From an uncultured Gammaproteobacteria bacterium (GTDB taxonomy: Bacteria > Patescibacteriota > Microgenomatia > UBA1406 > HO2-37-13b), in assembly GCA_964614975.1 (NCBI GenBank), contig CAZTOA010000002.1, positions 1 to 56,603 on the forward strand: a DNA stretch of 56,603 nt. Direction: 5' to 3'. This document shows, one piece after another, positions 18,636-25,732 of the stretch. Both the position numbers and the translations under genes were made by a program. The notes under the pieces were generated by a model, which saw only the letters and a program-made list of their open reading frames with translations, had not been told where the DNA came from and made no database searches. Position 1 is the stretch's first letter; the number at the start of each line of letters is the position of its first letter.

Positions 18636-18902
18636 ATGTCGACTTTGTCAGTGCTTGCGACGATTCTGCTGCAGGAAGATGAGATCATCCAACAGCCCAA
18701 TCCCGTCTTGGAGTTCATCCAGGGCAACCTGATTTGGGGAGTCTTGTTGCTCGTCCTCATTGTTGCGGTCGTGGTCTTGTTCCGGCTCAGGAAGACTTCT
18801 CTTGGACACTGCAGCCTGTGTTCGGAGAAGGCTATCTACGTCATCGGGAACAAGCCGTACTGCTCCAATCATGGACGGGAGCTGATCCGCAACGTGAGTT
18901 GA
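18636..18902 (+). CDS. Cassette 3 ORF: 88-aa membrane protein with C-terminal zinc-ribbon-like CxxC...CxxH
   Basis: AGGAGG (18624-18629) lies 6 nt upstream of the ATG. TM helix WGVLLLVLIVAVVVLF. HCSLC...YCSNH motif. The AT-rich 5' extension in the ORF track (from 18462) is probably non-coding. Confidence 0.5.
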   Translation: MSTLSVLATILLQEDEIIQQPNPVLEFIQGNLIWGVLLLVLIVAVVVLFRLRKTSLGHCSLCSEKAIYVIGNKPYCSNHGRELIRNVS

Positions 18903-18928
18903 TTGACGGCGAAGCCGTGAAGGGTGTA

Positions 18929-18957
18929 GTGCGCCCCGGCGATTTGTCGGGGCGCAC
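18929..18957 (+). terminator. GC-rich hairpin ending cassette 3 (also directly downstream of convergent rpiB)
   Basis: GTGCGCCCCG/CGGGGCGCAC 10-bp stem. Sits between the cassette stop (18902) and the rpiB stop (18973). Confidence 0.55.
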
Positions 18958-18972
18958 ATGCACTATTTGTGA

Positions 18973-19548
18973 TTAGTACATGTCGTGTTTTCGTACTCTG
19001 CGAACGTATTTTTCTTTCATTAAGGGTGCTGCATTCAAAAATGTATGAACGATCTCTTTTGCTTTTTCAAAATCTAGCATTTCTGCCGCGAGGCCAAGGA
19101 TGTTGATATGATCATTCTCGCGGCCGTGGCGCGCATGATCGGGTGTATAGGCAGCCCCGCAGCGGATTCCTTTATAGCGGTTTGCGGTAATGCAAACACC
19201 AATGCCGGATCCGCACACTAAAATGCCAAGCTCATGATCTTCAGAGGGAATTTCTCGTTCAGTTTCATTTGGTAAGCTCGCAACACCTTCAAATGTGTGG
19301 CTTTTTGTAGTCGTAAAATCTGGATCTTCGCTGGTATCTTCGGTTAATGGAGCTTTTTCAGCCTGTTCTTGTTCGTGTCTTTTCAAAATCTTTAGTGCGA
19401 CTGCACGACCAAAATCTGGAAAATCATCTTCTGCGTCCATATGATCATTTCCGCAGTCAACGACTTTGTGGCCTTGTTCTTCGAGCCAATTTCTAAGCTG
19501 GTTTTTGAGCTCAAATCCGCGATGGTCAGCACCTATATATATTGTCAT
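18973..19548 (-). CDS. rpiB: Ribose-5-phosphate isomerase B with an acidic ~45-aa insertion
   Basis: IYIGADHRGFELK, VCGSGIGVCITANRYKGIRC and HARHGRENDHINIL match RpiB/LacAB. HEQEQAEKAPLTEDTSEDPDF...EDHE is an unusual internal insert. Confidence 0.85.
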   Translation of the reverse strand: MTIYIGADHRGFELKNQLRNWLEEQGHKVVDCGNDHMDAEDDFPDFGRAVALKILKRHEQEQAEKAPLTEDTSEDPDFTTTKSHTFEGVASLPNETEREIPSEDHELGILVCGSGIGVCITANRYKGIRCGAAYTPDHARHGRENDHINILGLAAEMLDFEKAKEIVHTFLNAAPLMKEKYVRRVRKHDMY

Positions 19549-19575
19549 AAGCTTAGTTCATATATACTACTAGAT

Positions 19576-20406
19576 ATGAACACATTTTTCGACACACATT
19601 GTCACTTAAACTTTAGCCGATTCAAAAAAAATGTAGATGAAGTTATTCGTGCCGCAAATAAGGCGGGCGTTAAAAGCATCGTTATTCCTGGAACTGATAT
19701 TATTTCATCGCTGAAGGCGGTCGAGCTTGCACAACAGTACGCAGCTGAGGGTTTGGATATTTGGGCAGCCGTCGGTATTCACCCACATCATGTATTTGAA
19801 CACAAAGAAGGTTCAGATGAGCTTGAAGAGCTTGAAAAACTTCTCAAAGAAGATCGCGTTGTGGCGATTGGCGAAATTGGCCTGGATAAACACCAATACG
19901 AGGCTACAAAGTATGAGGAATATCACGTCGACGATATGTTTATTGAGAAGCAAAAAGCGCTTTTTCGAGCCCAGTTTGAACTTGGAAAGAAGTATGACAA
20001 GTCGATTATCATGCATAACCGCGAGGCGAAAGAGGAGCTTTTGCCGCTAGTGCGGGAATTATGGGATTCGAGCTTAAAAGGAAGGGTAGTGCTGCATTGT
20101 TGTGAGCCTGATATGGAGCTTTTGGAGTTTGCAAAAGAGCTTGGTTTGTACCTCGGTGTTGATGGAGATCTAACATATTGGCCTGAAAAACAAGAATTTA
20201 TAAAGAAAGTTCCGTTGGAAATGTTGGTTATTGAAACGGATGCTCCGTTTTTACTGCCCGAGCCTTTGAAAAGCCAAAAATTGTATCCAAATGTGCCTGC
20301 GAATGTTGTTTTAGTGGCTAATAAAGTTGCGGAATTGAAGAGTGAGTCTGTTGAGCGTGTGGCGGAAGTAACGACTGCAAATGCGAGGCTATTATTCGGT
20401 TTATAG
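19576..20406 (+). CDS. tatD: TatD-family metal-dependent hydrolase
   Basis: FDTHCHL start motif. Start moved to the ATG at 19576 (TATACT 7 nt upstream). The ORF-track start at 19441 overlaps rpiB. Confidence 0.85.
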   Translation: MNTFFDTHCHLNFSRFKKNVDEVIRAANKAGVKSIVIPGTDIISSLKAVELAQQYAAEGLDIWAAVGIHPHHVFEHKEGSDELEELEKLLKEDRVVAIGEIGLDKHQYEATKYEEYHVDDMFIEKQKALFRAQFELGKKYDKSIIMHNREAKEELLPLVRELWDSSLKGRVVLHCCEPDMELLEFAKELGLYLGVDGDLTYWPEKQEFIKKVPLEMLVIETDAPFLLPEPLKSQKLYPNVPANVVLVANKVAELKSESVERVAEVTTANARLLFGL

Positions 20407-20411
20407 CAAAC

Positions 20412-20439
20412 TTGACTTCTCTCAGAAAAGGCCTATAAT
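20412..20439 (+). promoter_or_regulatory. Promoter of cassette 4a (TTGACT-16-TATAAT)
   Basis: TTGACT at 20412-20417 and TATAAT at 20434-20439. Near-identical layout to 20705-20732. Confidence 0.6.
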
Positions 20440-20457
20440 ATTTACTGCTTAAGGTGG

Positions 20458-20473
20458 TACCTGCCCTCAGGTA
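20458..20473. promoter_or_regulatory. Palindrome TACCTG-N4-CAGGTA just downstream of the 4a promoter (operator or 5' stem-loop)
   Basis: Perfect 6-bp arms at about +12 to +27 relative to the predicted start. Same motif at 20748-20765 and a related one at 40008-40021. Confidence 0.45.
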
Positions 20474-20505
20474 TATAGCTAGTTTCGTTCAAAGGAAACT
20501 CCGCT

Positions 20506-20628
20506 ATGCACATGAACACGCCGACCCCACAGCCGCAGACTAACTGCGGTGCTTGCGGAACTGTCTCGCCGGGCTCACTCAGCAAGTGTCCGTCTTGCGG
20601 TTCATCGAACGTCCGCGTCAAGAAGTAG
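20506..20628 (+). CDS. Cassette 4a ORF: 40-aa zinc-ribbon peptide MHMNTPTPQPQTNCGACGTVSPGSLSKCPSCGSSNVRVKK
   Basis: Hand translation. CxxC-N11-CxxC. Weak SD (AAGGA) 9 nt upstream. Below the ORF-track cutoff. Confidence 0.45.
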   Translation: MHMNTPTPQPQTNCGACGTVSPGSLSKCPSCGSSNVRVKK

Positions 20629-20648
20629 CGACTCCGGTCGCTGCACAG

Positions 20649-20681
20649 CCCGCCCTCCCGACATGTGTCGGGAGGAGCGGG
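20649..20681 (+). terminator. GC-rich hairpin ending cassette 4a
   Basis: CCCGCCCTCCCGAC / GTCGGGAGGAGCGGG (one bulge) followed by TTT. A smaller AGCGAC/GTCGCT stem overlaps the stop codon. Confidence 0.5.
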
Positions 20682-20704
20682 TTTCATCCCAACTCTTCCC
20701 AAAT

Positions 20705-20732
20705 TTGACTTCTAATACAAAAAGCCTATAAT
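20705..20732 (+). promoter_or_regulatory. Promoter of cassette 4b (TTGACT-16-TATAAT), duplicate of the 4a promoter
   Basis: AAAyTTGACTTCT...AAAAGCCTATAATA is shared with 20409-20440. Confidence 0.6.
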
Positions 20733-20747
20733 AATACCAGCATTGTC

Positions 20748-20765
20748 GTACCTGCATTCAGGTAC
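20748..20765. promoter_or_regulatory. Palindrome GTACCTG-N4-CAGGTAC downstream of the 4b promoter
   Basis: Perfect 7-bp arms. Same position relative to the -10 box as in 4a. Confidence 0.45.
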
Positions 20766-20794
20766 ACGCTCATTTCGTTATTGTGGAGGTTCTC

Positions 20795-21019
20795 ATGCCT
20801 GGCTGCTCTTTCCCGTCTCGTTGGACAGTGTTCGACCCAAAGCCGCTCGCCATTGGGCCCGGGGAGCCGATCCCACGGGCAGCGGCGCCTGTCGAGCCGT
20901 CGAAGACAGTGACGATCAAGTGTCCCAATCCGGAGTGCCCTTCGGAGTATTACATCGCACCGCCCAACGGGCGCTGTGATGCATGCGATACGATCATACC
21001 GGGCACTGGTGCGGGGTGA
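20795..21019 (+). CDS. Cassette 4b ORF: 74-aa zinc-ribbon protein (CPNPEC...CDAC)
   Basis: GGAGG (20784-20788) lies 6 nt upstream of the ATG at 20795. GC-rich codons. The ORF-track version starts 4 codons earlier at a GTG inside the SD. Confidence 0.5.
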   Translation: MPGCSFPSRWTVFDPKPLAIGPGEPIPRAAAPVEPSKTVTIKCPNPECPSEYYIAPPNGRCDACDTIIPGTGAG

Positions 21020-21054
21020 AGATGACGTGACCGTCGTGTGATCCTCACGCAAGA

Positions 21055-21081
21055 CCCCCGGCGGCATCGCGCCGCCGGGGG
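21055..21081 (+). terminator. GC-rich hairpin ending cassette 4b (adjacent to the convergent ychF stop)
   Basis: CCCCCGGCGGC / GCCGCCGGGGG perfect 11-bp stem with loop ATCGC. Confidence 0.6.
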
Positions 21082-21093
21082 CTTATTAACTTT

Positions 21094-22185
21094 CTAAGCA
21101 GATACTTTGAAGTCAACTACGTCACCATCTTTCATCATGTAATCTTTTCCACCCAATGTTACTTTTCCAGCTTCACGTGCTTTTACCCACCCCCCAAATT
21201 CAACGAATGTTTGATACTGTGTAATTTCAGCCTTAATAAAATGCTTTTCAAAGTCTGTATGAATTACTCCTGCCGCCTGAGGGGCGAGCGTGCCTTTCAG
21301 AATTGTCCATGCGCGAGCCTCAATTTTTCCGGCAGTTAAGAAGGAAATCAGCCCAAGCATATCATAAGCTTCTTTTACAAGTCTATCGAGCCCAGACTTT
21401 TCTAAATTATATGTTGCGAGATATTCAACTTGCTCTTCAGGTTCAAGCACAGATAATTCCTGTTCAAGCTTCGCACAAAGGTACAAGTAAGGATTTTTAG
21501 ATTTTTCTAATGAATTGAGTAAATTATTAATTTTTTCCTTCGTGCCTTCAGGATCCATAAGCTGAGGCTCTGAGACATTAAAAAGAAAAAGTACAGGTTT
21601 TAACGATAAAAGATTAAATTGCTTGAGATGTTCAAGTTGATCCTCTGTGAGTTCAAGATCACGAGCGGATTGTCCACGATTTAATTTTTCTTTAACAAAA
21701 AGCATAGTTTCATATGCGGCTTTTTCTTCTTTTGAAGCATTTGATTTTGGCTCGCGCTGTTTATCGAGAGTGGAGAGATCGGCAAGGATAAGCTCTGTTT
21801 CAATAGTTGCAATATCTTGTTCGGGATTTGCTACTTCATCCACATGAGTAATATTTTTGTCTTCAAAAAGCCTAACAACATGAACGACTAATGATGTTTC
21901 TCGAATATGGGAGAGAAATTTGTTTCCTAATCCAGCCCCTTCTGAAGCCCCGCGTACTAATCCGGCGATATCATAAAATTCTACAGCTGCTGGAACTATT
22001 TTTTCTGTTTCTACAACTTTCGCAAGTTTTGTAAGTCGTTCGTCTGGGACTTCGATAATGCCGACATTTGGTTCAATGGTGCAAAATGGATAATTTGCCA
22101 CATCGGCTACCTGCTTTTTTAAAAGTGCATTAAAAAGCGTTGACTTTCCTACATTCGGGAGACCGACAATTCCTACTTTTAGCAT
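21094..22185 (-). CDS. ychF: Ribosome-binding ATPase YchF
   Basis: GIVGLPNVGKSTLFNAL P-loop and the C-terminal TGS-like DGDVVDFK. TATACT (22192-22197) is 6 nt upstream of the ATG. Confidence 0.95.
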   Translation of the reverse strand: MLKVGIVGLPNVGKSTLFNALLKKQVADVANYPFCTIEPNVGIIEVPDERLTKLAKVVETEKIVPAAVEFYDIAGLVRGASEGAGLGNKFLSHIRETSLVVHVVRLFEDKNITHVDEVANPEQDIATIETELILADLSTLDKQREPKSNASKEEKAAYETMLFVKEKLNRGQSARDLELTEDQLEHLKQFNLLSLKPVLFLFNVSEPQLMDPEGTKEKINNLLNSLEKSKNPYLYLCAKLEQELSVLEPEEQVEYLATYNLEKSGLDRLVKEAYDMLGLISFLTAGKIEARAWTILKGTLAPQAAGVIHTDFEKHFIKAEITQYQTFVEFGGWVKAREAGKVTLGGKDYMMKDGDVVDFKVSA

Positions 22186-22236
22186 TGCGATAGTATAGCA
22201 AAGAGGCAGCTGATCTTATATAGCCTATAGTTTATA

Positions 22237-22245
22237 TGGTATAAT
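22237..22245 (+). promoter_or_regulatory. Extended -10 promoter (TGGTATAAT) of cassette 5
   Basis: Same TGGTATAATAT word as upstream of cassette 6 (23159-23169). No good -35. Confidence 0.4.
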
Positions 22246-22302
22246 ATTTCATCATTCGCTTGGGGCTCAGGCTCTTGGGAGGAAGCGAAAGAAGGAGTGA
22301 GC

Positions 22303-22518
22303 ATGTACGGAGTGTATGCGGGTATCCAATATCTTGTCACCGTGAAGGACGGCAAACGATACATCGGCATCCAAGACATGAACTTCGTCACCAAGCTTGT
22401 CGCCGCCGGCATCGATGTGACGGTGCTGGACGACATTGGCGATCAGCAACCTGACGACGTTGTTCAGGGGTTGCTCGAAAGCCTGCTTGCGGCCTCGACA
22501 AAGGCCAGTCCGGACTGA
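22303..22518 (+). CDS. Cassette 5 ORF: 71-aa protein MYGVYAGIQYLVTVKDGKRYIGIQDMNFVTKLVAAGIDVTVLDDIGDQQPDDVVQGLLESLLAASTKASPD
   Basis: AAGGAG (22292-22297) lies 5 nt upstream of the ATG. Shares KDG(K/R)R.I and (L/F)DDIG(D/E)...DV...G(L/M) blocks with the cassette 6 ORF. Confidence 0.5.
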   Translation: MYGVYAGIQYLVTVKDGKRYIGIQDMNFVTKLVAAGIDVTVLDDIGDQQPDDVVQGLLESLLAASTKASPD

Positions 22519-22524
22519 CCGGAC

Positions 22525-22548
22525 AAATGCCGACCTCCCTCGGCATTT
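22525..22548 (+). terminator. Hairpin ending cassette 5
   Basis: AAATGCCGA/TCGGCATTT 9-bp stem. A GTCCGG/CCGGAC stem overlaps the stop codon. Confidence 0.5.
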
Positions 22549-22600
22549 CTCTTCATCTTCAGGTGTATAATTTATTCATTACAAGTTCATATAAATACGT

Positions 22601-23092
22601 ATGAACAAGAACAATCTTCTTATAATCGTGTTGGCAGTTCTCGTTATCGGTGGTGGATTTTGGTATATGAAATCCAAAAATTCGACTGCCATGATAAATG
22701 ACCAGGAAAGCGCAACAGTTGTTGAAGAAGACGCAATCGGTGAGGATGGCGCAAAGTTAGAAGGCGTCATGAATGTCGCTTTAGCAGAACAATCAGGTAG
22801 CACAATGAAGCAATCAGGAACTGCCATGATTGAGGAAAAGGACGGCTCAGTCGTCGTTACTTTATCAGTAAGTCCAGCTGGAAAAGTGTCACAGCCAGCT
22901 CATATTCATATGGGTGCTTGTCCTACACCAGGTGAAGTTGCGTATCCTTTGACCGATGTTGTTGATGGAAAGTCTGTTACAACGCTCAGCGTTACGATGG
23001 CAGCCTTGAAAGAGCAGATGCCACTTGCAATCAACGTTCATAAGAGCGCTGATGAACCAAAAGTCTATACCGCATGCGGTGACTTGAAATAA
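22601..23092 (+). CDS. Membrane-anchored hypothetical protein, possibly CHRD-like
   Basis: 163 aa with an N-terminal TM helix. PAHIHMGACPTPGEV resembles the CHRD-domain HIHxG pattern. AT-rich, host-like codon usage. Confidence 0.4.
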   Translation: MNKNNLLIIVLAVLVIGGGFWYMKSKNSTAMINDQESATVVEEDAIGEDGAKLEGVMNVALAEQSGSTMKQSGTAMIEEKDGSVVVTLSVSPAGKVSQPAHIHMGACPTPGEVAYPLTDVVDGKSVTTLSVTMAALKEQMPLAINVHKSADEPKVYTACGDLK

Positions 23093-23117
23093 AATAAGGA
23101 TAAAAATGTTAGTTATG

Positions 23118-23142
23118 AGCCGCCCAGCCGGGCGGCTTTTTT
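23118..23142 (+). terminator. Rho-independent terminator of the 22601-23092 gene
   Basis: GCCGCCC-AGCC-GGGCGGC stem-loop followed by TTTTTT. Confidence 0.8.
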
Positions 23143-23158
23143 ATTGCCAGGATGCGAC

Positions 23159-23167
23159 TGGTATAAT
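23159..23167 (+). promoter_or_regulatory. Extended -10 promoter (TGGTATAAT) of cassette 6
   Basis: TGGTATAAT at 23159-23167. TTGCCA lies only 12 nt upstream, too close for a standard -35. Confidence 0.4.
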
Positions 23168-23237
23168 ATATGCCAAGACAAAATCGCTTAGGAACGTTCG
23201 TTTCTTGGGGGAAGCGGTTTGAACAGCGAGGTGACGC

Positions 23238-23441
23238 ATGAACGACGAGTTGCTCGATACGGGAAACCACATGGGAATTCCATACGAGCTTTGGAGAAAG
23301 GACGGCAGGCGCTGTATCGTTGTTCCGAAGGAGTTGCTCGAAAATCCGCCCTACGGCGTAAGCTTCGAGGGTTTTGACGACATTGGCGAGCGCGAAGCCC
23401 AAGATGTTCTATATGACGCCGTTGAAGGCATGTTCGAATAG
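23238..23441 (+). CDS. Cassette 6 ORF: 67-aa acidic protein, paralogue of the cassette 5 ORF
   Basis: GAGG lies 6 nt upstream of the ATG. MNDELLDTGNHMGIPYELWRKDGRRCIVVPKELLENPPYGVSFEGFDDIGEREAQDVLYDAVEGMFE. The leader shares CGCTT...CTTGGGRGGAAGCG with cassette 5. Confidence 0.5.
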   Translation: MNDELLDTGNHMGIPYELWRKDGRRCIVVPKELLENPPYGVSFEGFDDIGEREAQDVLYDAVEGMFE

Positions 23442-23459
23442 CCCGTCAGGCGGGCATAA

Positions 23460-23486
23460 GGAGCCGTCTCCCACGGCTCCTTTCTT
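23460..23486 (+). terminator. Rho-independent terminator of cassette 6
   Basis: GGAGCCG/CGGCTCC stem followed by TTTCTT, preceded by a GCCCG/CGGGC mini-hairpin. Confidence 0.7.
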
Positions 23487-23513
23487 ACTAAAATTAATTT
23501 TATACTAATAAAA

Positions 23514-24497
23514 ATGACTGCAAAAAAAGGAAATTTTTGGAGGGAACTTACGAAACCACTGTTTGTACAGGCTCCTATGGAAGATGTGACCGATACTGTG
23601 TGTCGACAAATGATTACAAAATGCGGGAAACCCGATGTATTTTTCACTGAATTCACGAACGTGGACGGTATGTTTTCTGAAGGGCGCGAACTTGTTACGC
23701 AAAGATTAAAATATACTGAAATTGAGCGTCCATTAGTTGCCCAAATTTGGGGAGCTAATCCAGACAACTTCTATAAAGCAGCTCAATATATTAAAGAACT
23801 CGGTTTTGATGGCATTGACTTGAACATGGGTTGCCCAATTAAAGATGTTGTTAAAAAGGGGCTTTGTGCTGGGTTGATGAATAATCGAAATCTTGCAACA
23901 GATATTATTGAGGCGGTTAAAGATGGGGCGGGAGGTTTGCCGGTTAGTGTTAAGACGCGCATAGGTATTAATTCAATAATTACTGAAGATTGGATCGGGT
24001 TTTTGCTAGATCATAATCTTAGTGCTCTTACCATTCACGGACGTACGGTCAAGGAAATGTCTTCAGTTCCAGCTCATTGGGACGAAATTGCAAAAGCCGT
24101 CGAGCTCAGGGCACGGTCTAAAAAAGACACGGTCTTAATAGGAAACGGTGATGTAAAATCCCGTCAAGACGGCTTAGAAAAAATTGCAGCATCTGGGATT
24201 GATGGAGTAATGCTTGGGCGCGGCATTCTTGAAAATCCTTGGGTATTTAATACCGAGGAAAAATATAAAAACCCCGCAAATGTGAGTTCAGAAGAGCGAC
24301 TCAAAACGTATGCACAGCATGTGAAATTGCATCAGGAAACTTGGGGAAATACTAAACATTTTGATCGTTTAAAAAAATATATGAAAATGTATATTCGCGA
24401 TTTTGCGGGATCAGGCGAATTACGCATTGAAATTGCAAAGTCGCGCAATGCAGAAGAACTACTTGCTTTGTTGGACAACAATAAGGCACGATCCTAA
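23514..24497 (+). CDS. dus: tRNA-dihydrouridine synthase
   Basis: QAPMEDVTD and DGIDLNMGCP (catalytic Cys) motifs. TATACT at 23501-23506 is 7 nt from the ATG. Confidence 0.9.
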   Translation: MTAKKGNFWRELTKPLFVQAPMEDVTDTVCRQMITKCGKPDVFFTEFTNVDGMFSEGRELVTQRLKYTEIERPLVAQIWGANPDNFYKAAQYIKELGFDGIDLNMGCPIKDVVKKGLCAGLMNNRNLATDIIEAVKDGAGGLPVSVKTRIGINSIITEDWIGFLLDHNLSALTIHGRTVKEMSSVPAHWDEIAKAVELRARSKKDTVLIGNGDVKSRQDGLEKIAASGIDGVMLGRGILENPWVFNTEEKYKNPANVSSEERLKTYAQHVKLHQETWGNTKHFDRLKKYMKMYIRDFAGSGELRIEIAKSRNAEELLALLDNNKARS

Positions 24498-24514
24498 AGA
24501 AGACCAGGTCTTAT
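24489..24514. repeat. 26-nt repeat copy B (partner of 7516-7541)
   Basis: CGATCCtaAAGAAGACCAGGTCTTAT. Supplies the TAA of dus and the TTA (stop) of the convergent 24511-24708 gene. Confidence 0.6.
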
Positions 24515-24708
24515 ATAAAGATGAGCGAAAGGACGATTGACATAAATAAACCTGTCTCTAAAGAGTGCATGTAATAGCCCATGGCTCCTCCGAGTGCGAA
24601 TACGCCGATCATTTGCATGAGGCCAAAATCTTTTGGATTCGTGTTAAAAGCCATGTGCCAGAACATGATGATGCCGGCAGAGACAATGGTGTATGTTAAG
24701 ATATCCAT
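24511..24708 (-). CDS. Small two-helix membrane protein
   Basis: 65 aa, hydrophobic. 13-nt overlap with the upstream GT4 gene (last gene of the operon). Confidence 0.4.
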   Translation of the reverse strand: MDILTYTIVSAGIIMFWHMAFNTNPKDFGLMQMIGVFALGGAMGYYMHSLETGLFMSIVLSLIFI

Positions 24709-25715
24709 CTCAGAATTTCTTTTGCAAACTTTTCTGGTTTAAATTTCTGTGCATGTTTGTAGGCTTTTTCTCCTAACTCTTTTGCGAAAACACCATCGTC
24801 TTTTAGTCGTACGATTTTTTCTGCTATCGATTGTGGATCTTCTGGCTGGGCGAAGAGGGCAGCTCCGTCTGCAATTTCGTTAAACACATCAATATCACTT
24901 AAAACCGAGGGGCACTTTTGAGTAGAGGCTTCAAGATAGGATAAACCAAAGCCTTCATCACGTGAAACTAATAGGTTTGCAAGTGATTTTTTGTAATATC
25001 GTGCGAGATCTTCATCTGAAACATAACCAGGAAAAATAAATTGGTCATCGTTTCCGACTTCTTTTTTAAACGCTTTGAATTCTGCGCGTTCAGGATGTTC
25101 AAGGTCTGCGTATTCTTCGATGAACGCTCTTCCAATAAACACGCCTTTGACCTGCGCGATTTTTAAAGCGCGCGCAATATTAACGATATTTTTATTCCAG
25201 TTAATGTCACCAACATACACACAGAAAGGGAGATTAGGGATTTCAATATCTTCATTGTGCTTTTTATTTTCGATTGGTTTGTTAAAAAATGATGAATTTG
25301 TCGTTAGGTGCACGACGTGGATGCGATTGGGTTCTATGTTTAAGTACTGCACAATATCGCGCTTTGATGCCTCCGAGATAGTAATAAAACTATCGAATTC
25401 TTTTATATGGTTTAGATTGTCAATAAGACCCAATTTCCCTTTAAAACCAACAGGAAATCTATCAGGATACTTGAATGGGATTACATCAAAAATTGTGAGA
25501 ACCTGGGTTTGGGTGTGTCGTTTTTTTATTGTTGCGGGTTTATACGGATTCCAAAATGGAATAAGGAGGGTATCATCTTTTTTTGCCTTTTCGACGTTAT
25601 CAACAAAATTTGCATAGTCGCTTAAATTTTCATGAAGCATCTGCAAAAAACGTCCCCCGCCGCGATGGCCACTTTCGTACGACGCTTGATCAGGATCGAG
25701 AATAACGAGCGACAT
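24696..25715 (-). CDS. GT4-family (GT-B) glycosyltransferase
   Basis: EGFGLSYLEA motif typical of the GT1/GT4 C-terminal domain. TATACT 6 nt from the ATG. Confidence 0.8.
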   Translation of the reverse strand: MSLVILDPDQASYESGHRGGGRFLQMLHENLSDYANFVDNVEKAKKDDTLLIPFWNPYKPATIKKRHTQTQVLTIFDVIPFKYPDRFPVGFKGKLGLIDNLNHIKEFDSFITISEASKRDIVQYLNIEPNRIHVVHLTTNSSFFNKPIENKKHNEDIEIPNLPFCVYVGDINWNKNIVNIARALKIAQVKGVFIGRAFIEEYADLEHPERAEFKAFKKEVGNDDQFIFPGYVSDEDLARYYKKSLANLLVSRDEGFGLSYLEASTQKCPSVLSDIDVFNEIADGAALFAQPEDPQSIAEKIVRLKDDGVFAKELGEKAYKHAQKFKPEKFAKEILRWIS

Positions 25716-25732
25716 GAGTATAGTATACAGGT

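Noticed and set aside
18462-18902. 146-aa version of the cassette 3 ORF starting in AT-rich DNA next to rpe
   Set aside because: Composition changes abruptly within it, and AGGAGG plus ATG occur internally at 18624-18638. The 5' part contains the promoter and leader.
18529-23486. The cluster of cassettes at 18.5-23.5 kb as an integron cassette array with attC sites
   Set aside because: There is no integrase and no GTTRRRY core or inverse-core sites at the hairpins. The cassettes are interleaved with essential host genes, lie on both strands, and carry their own promoters.
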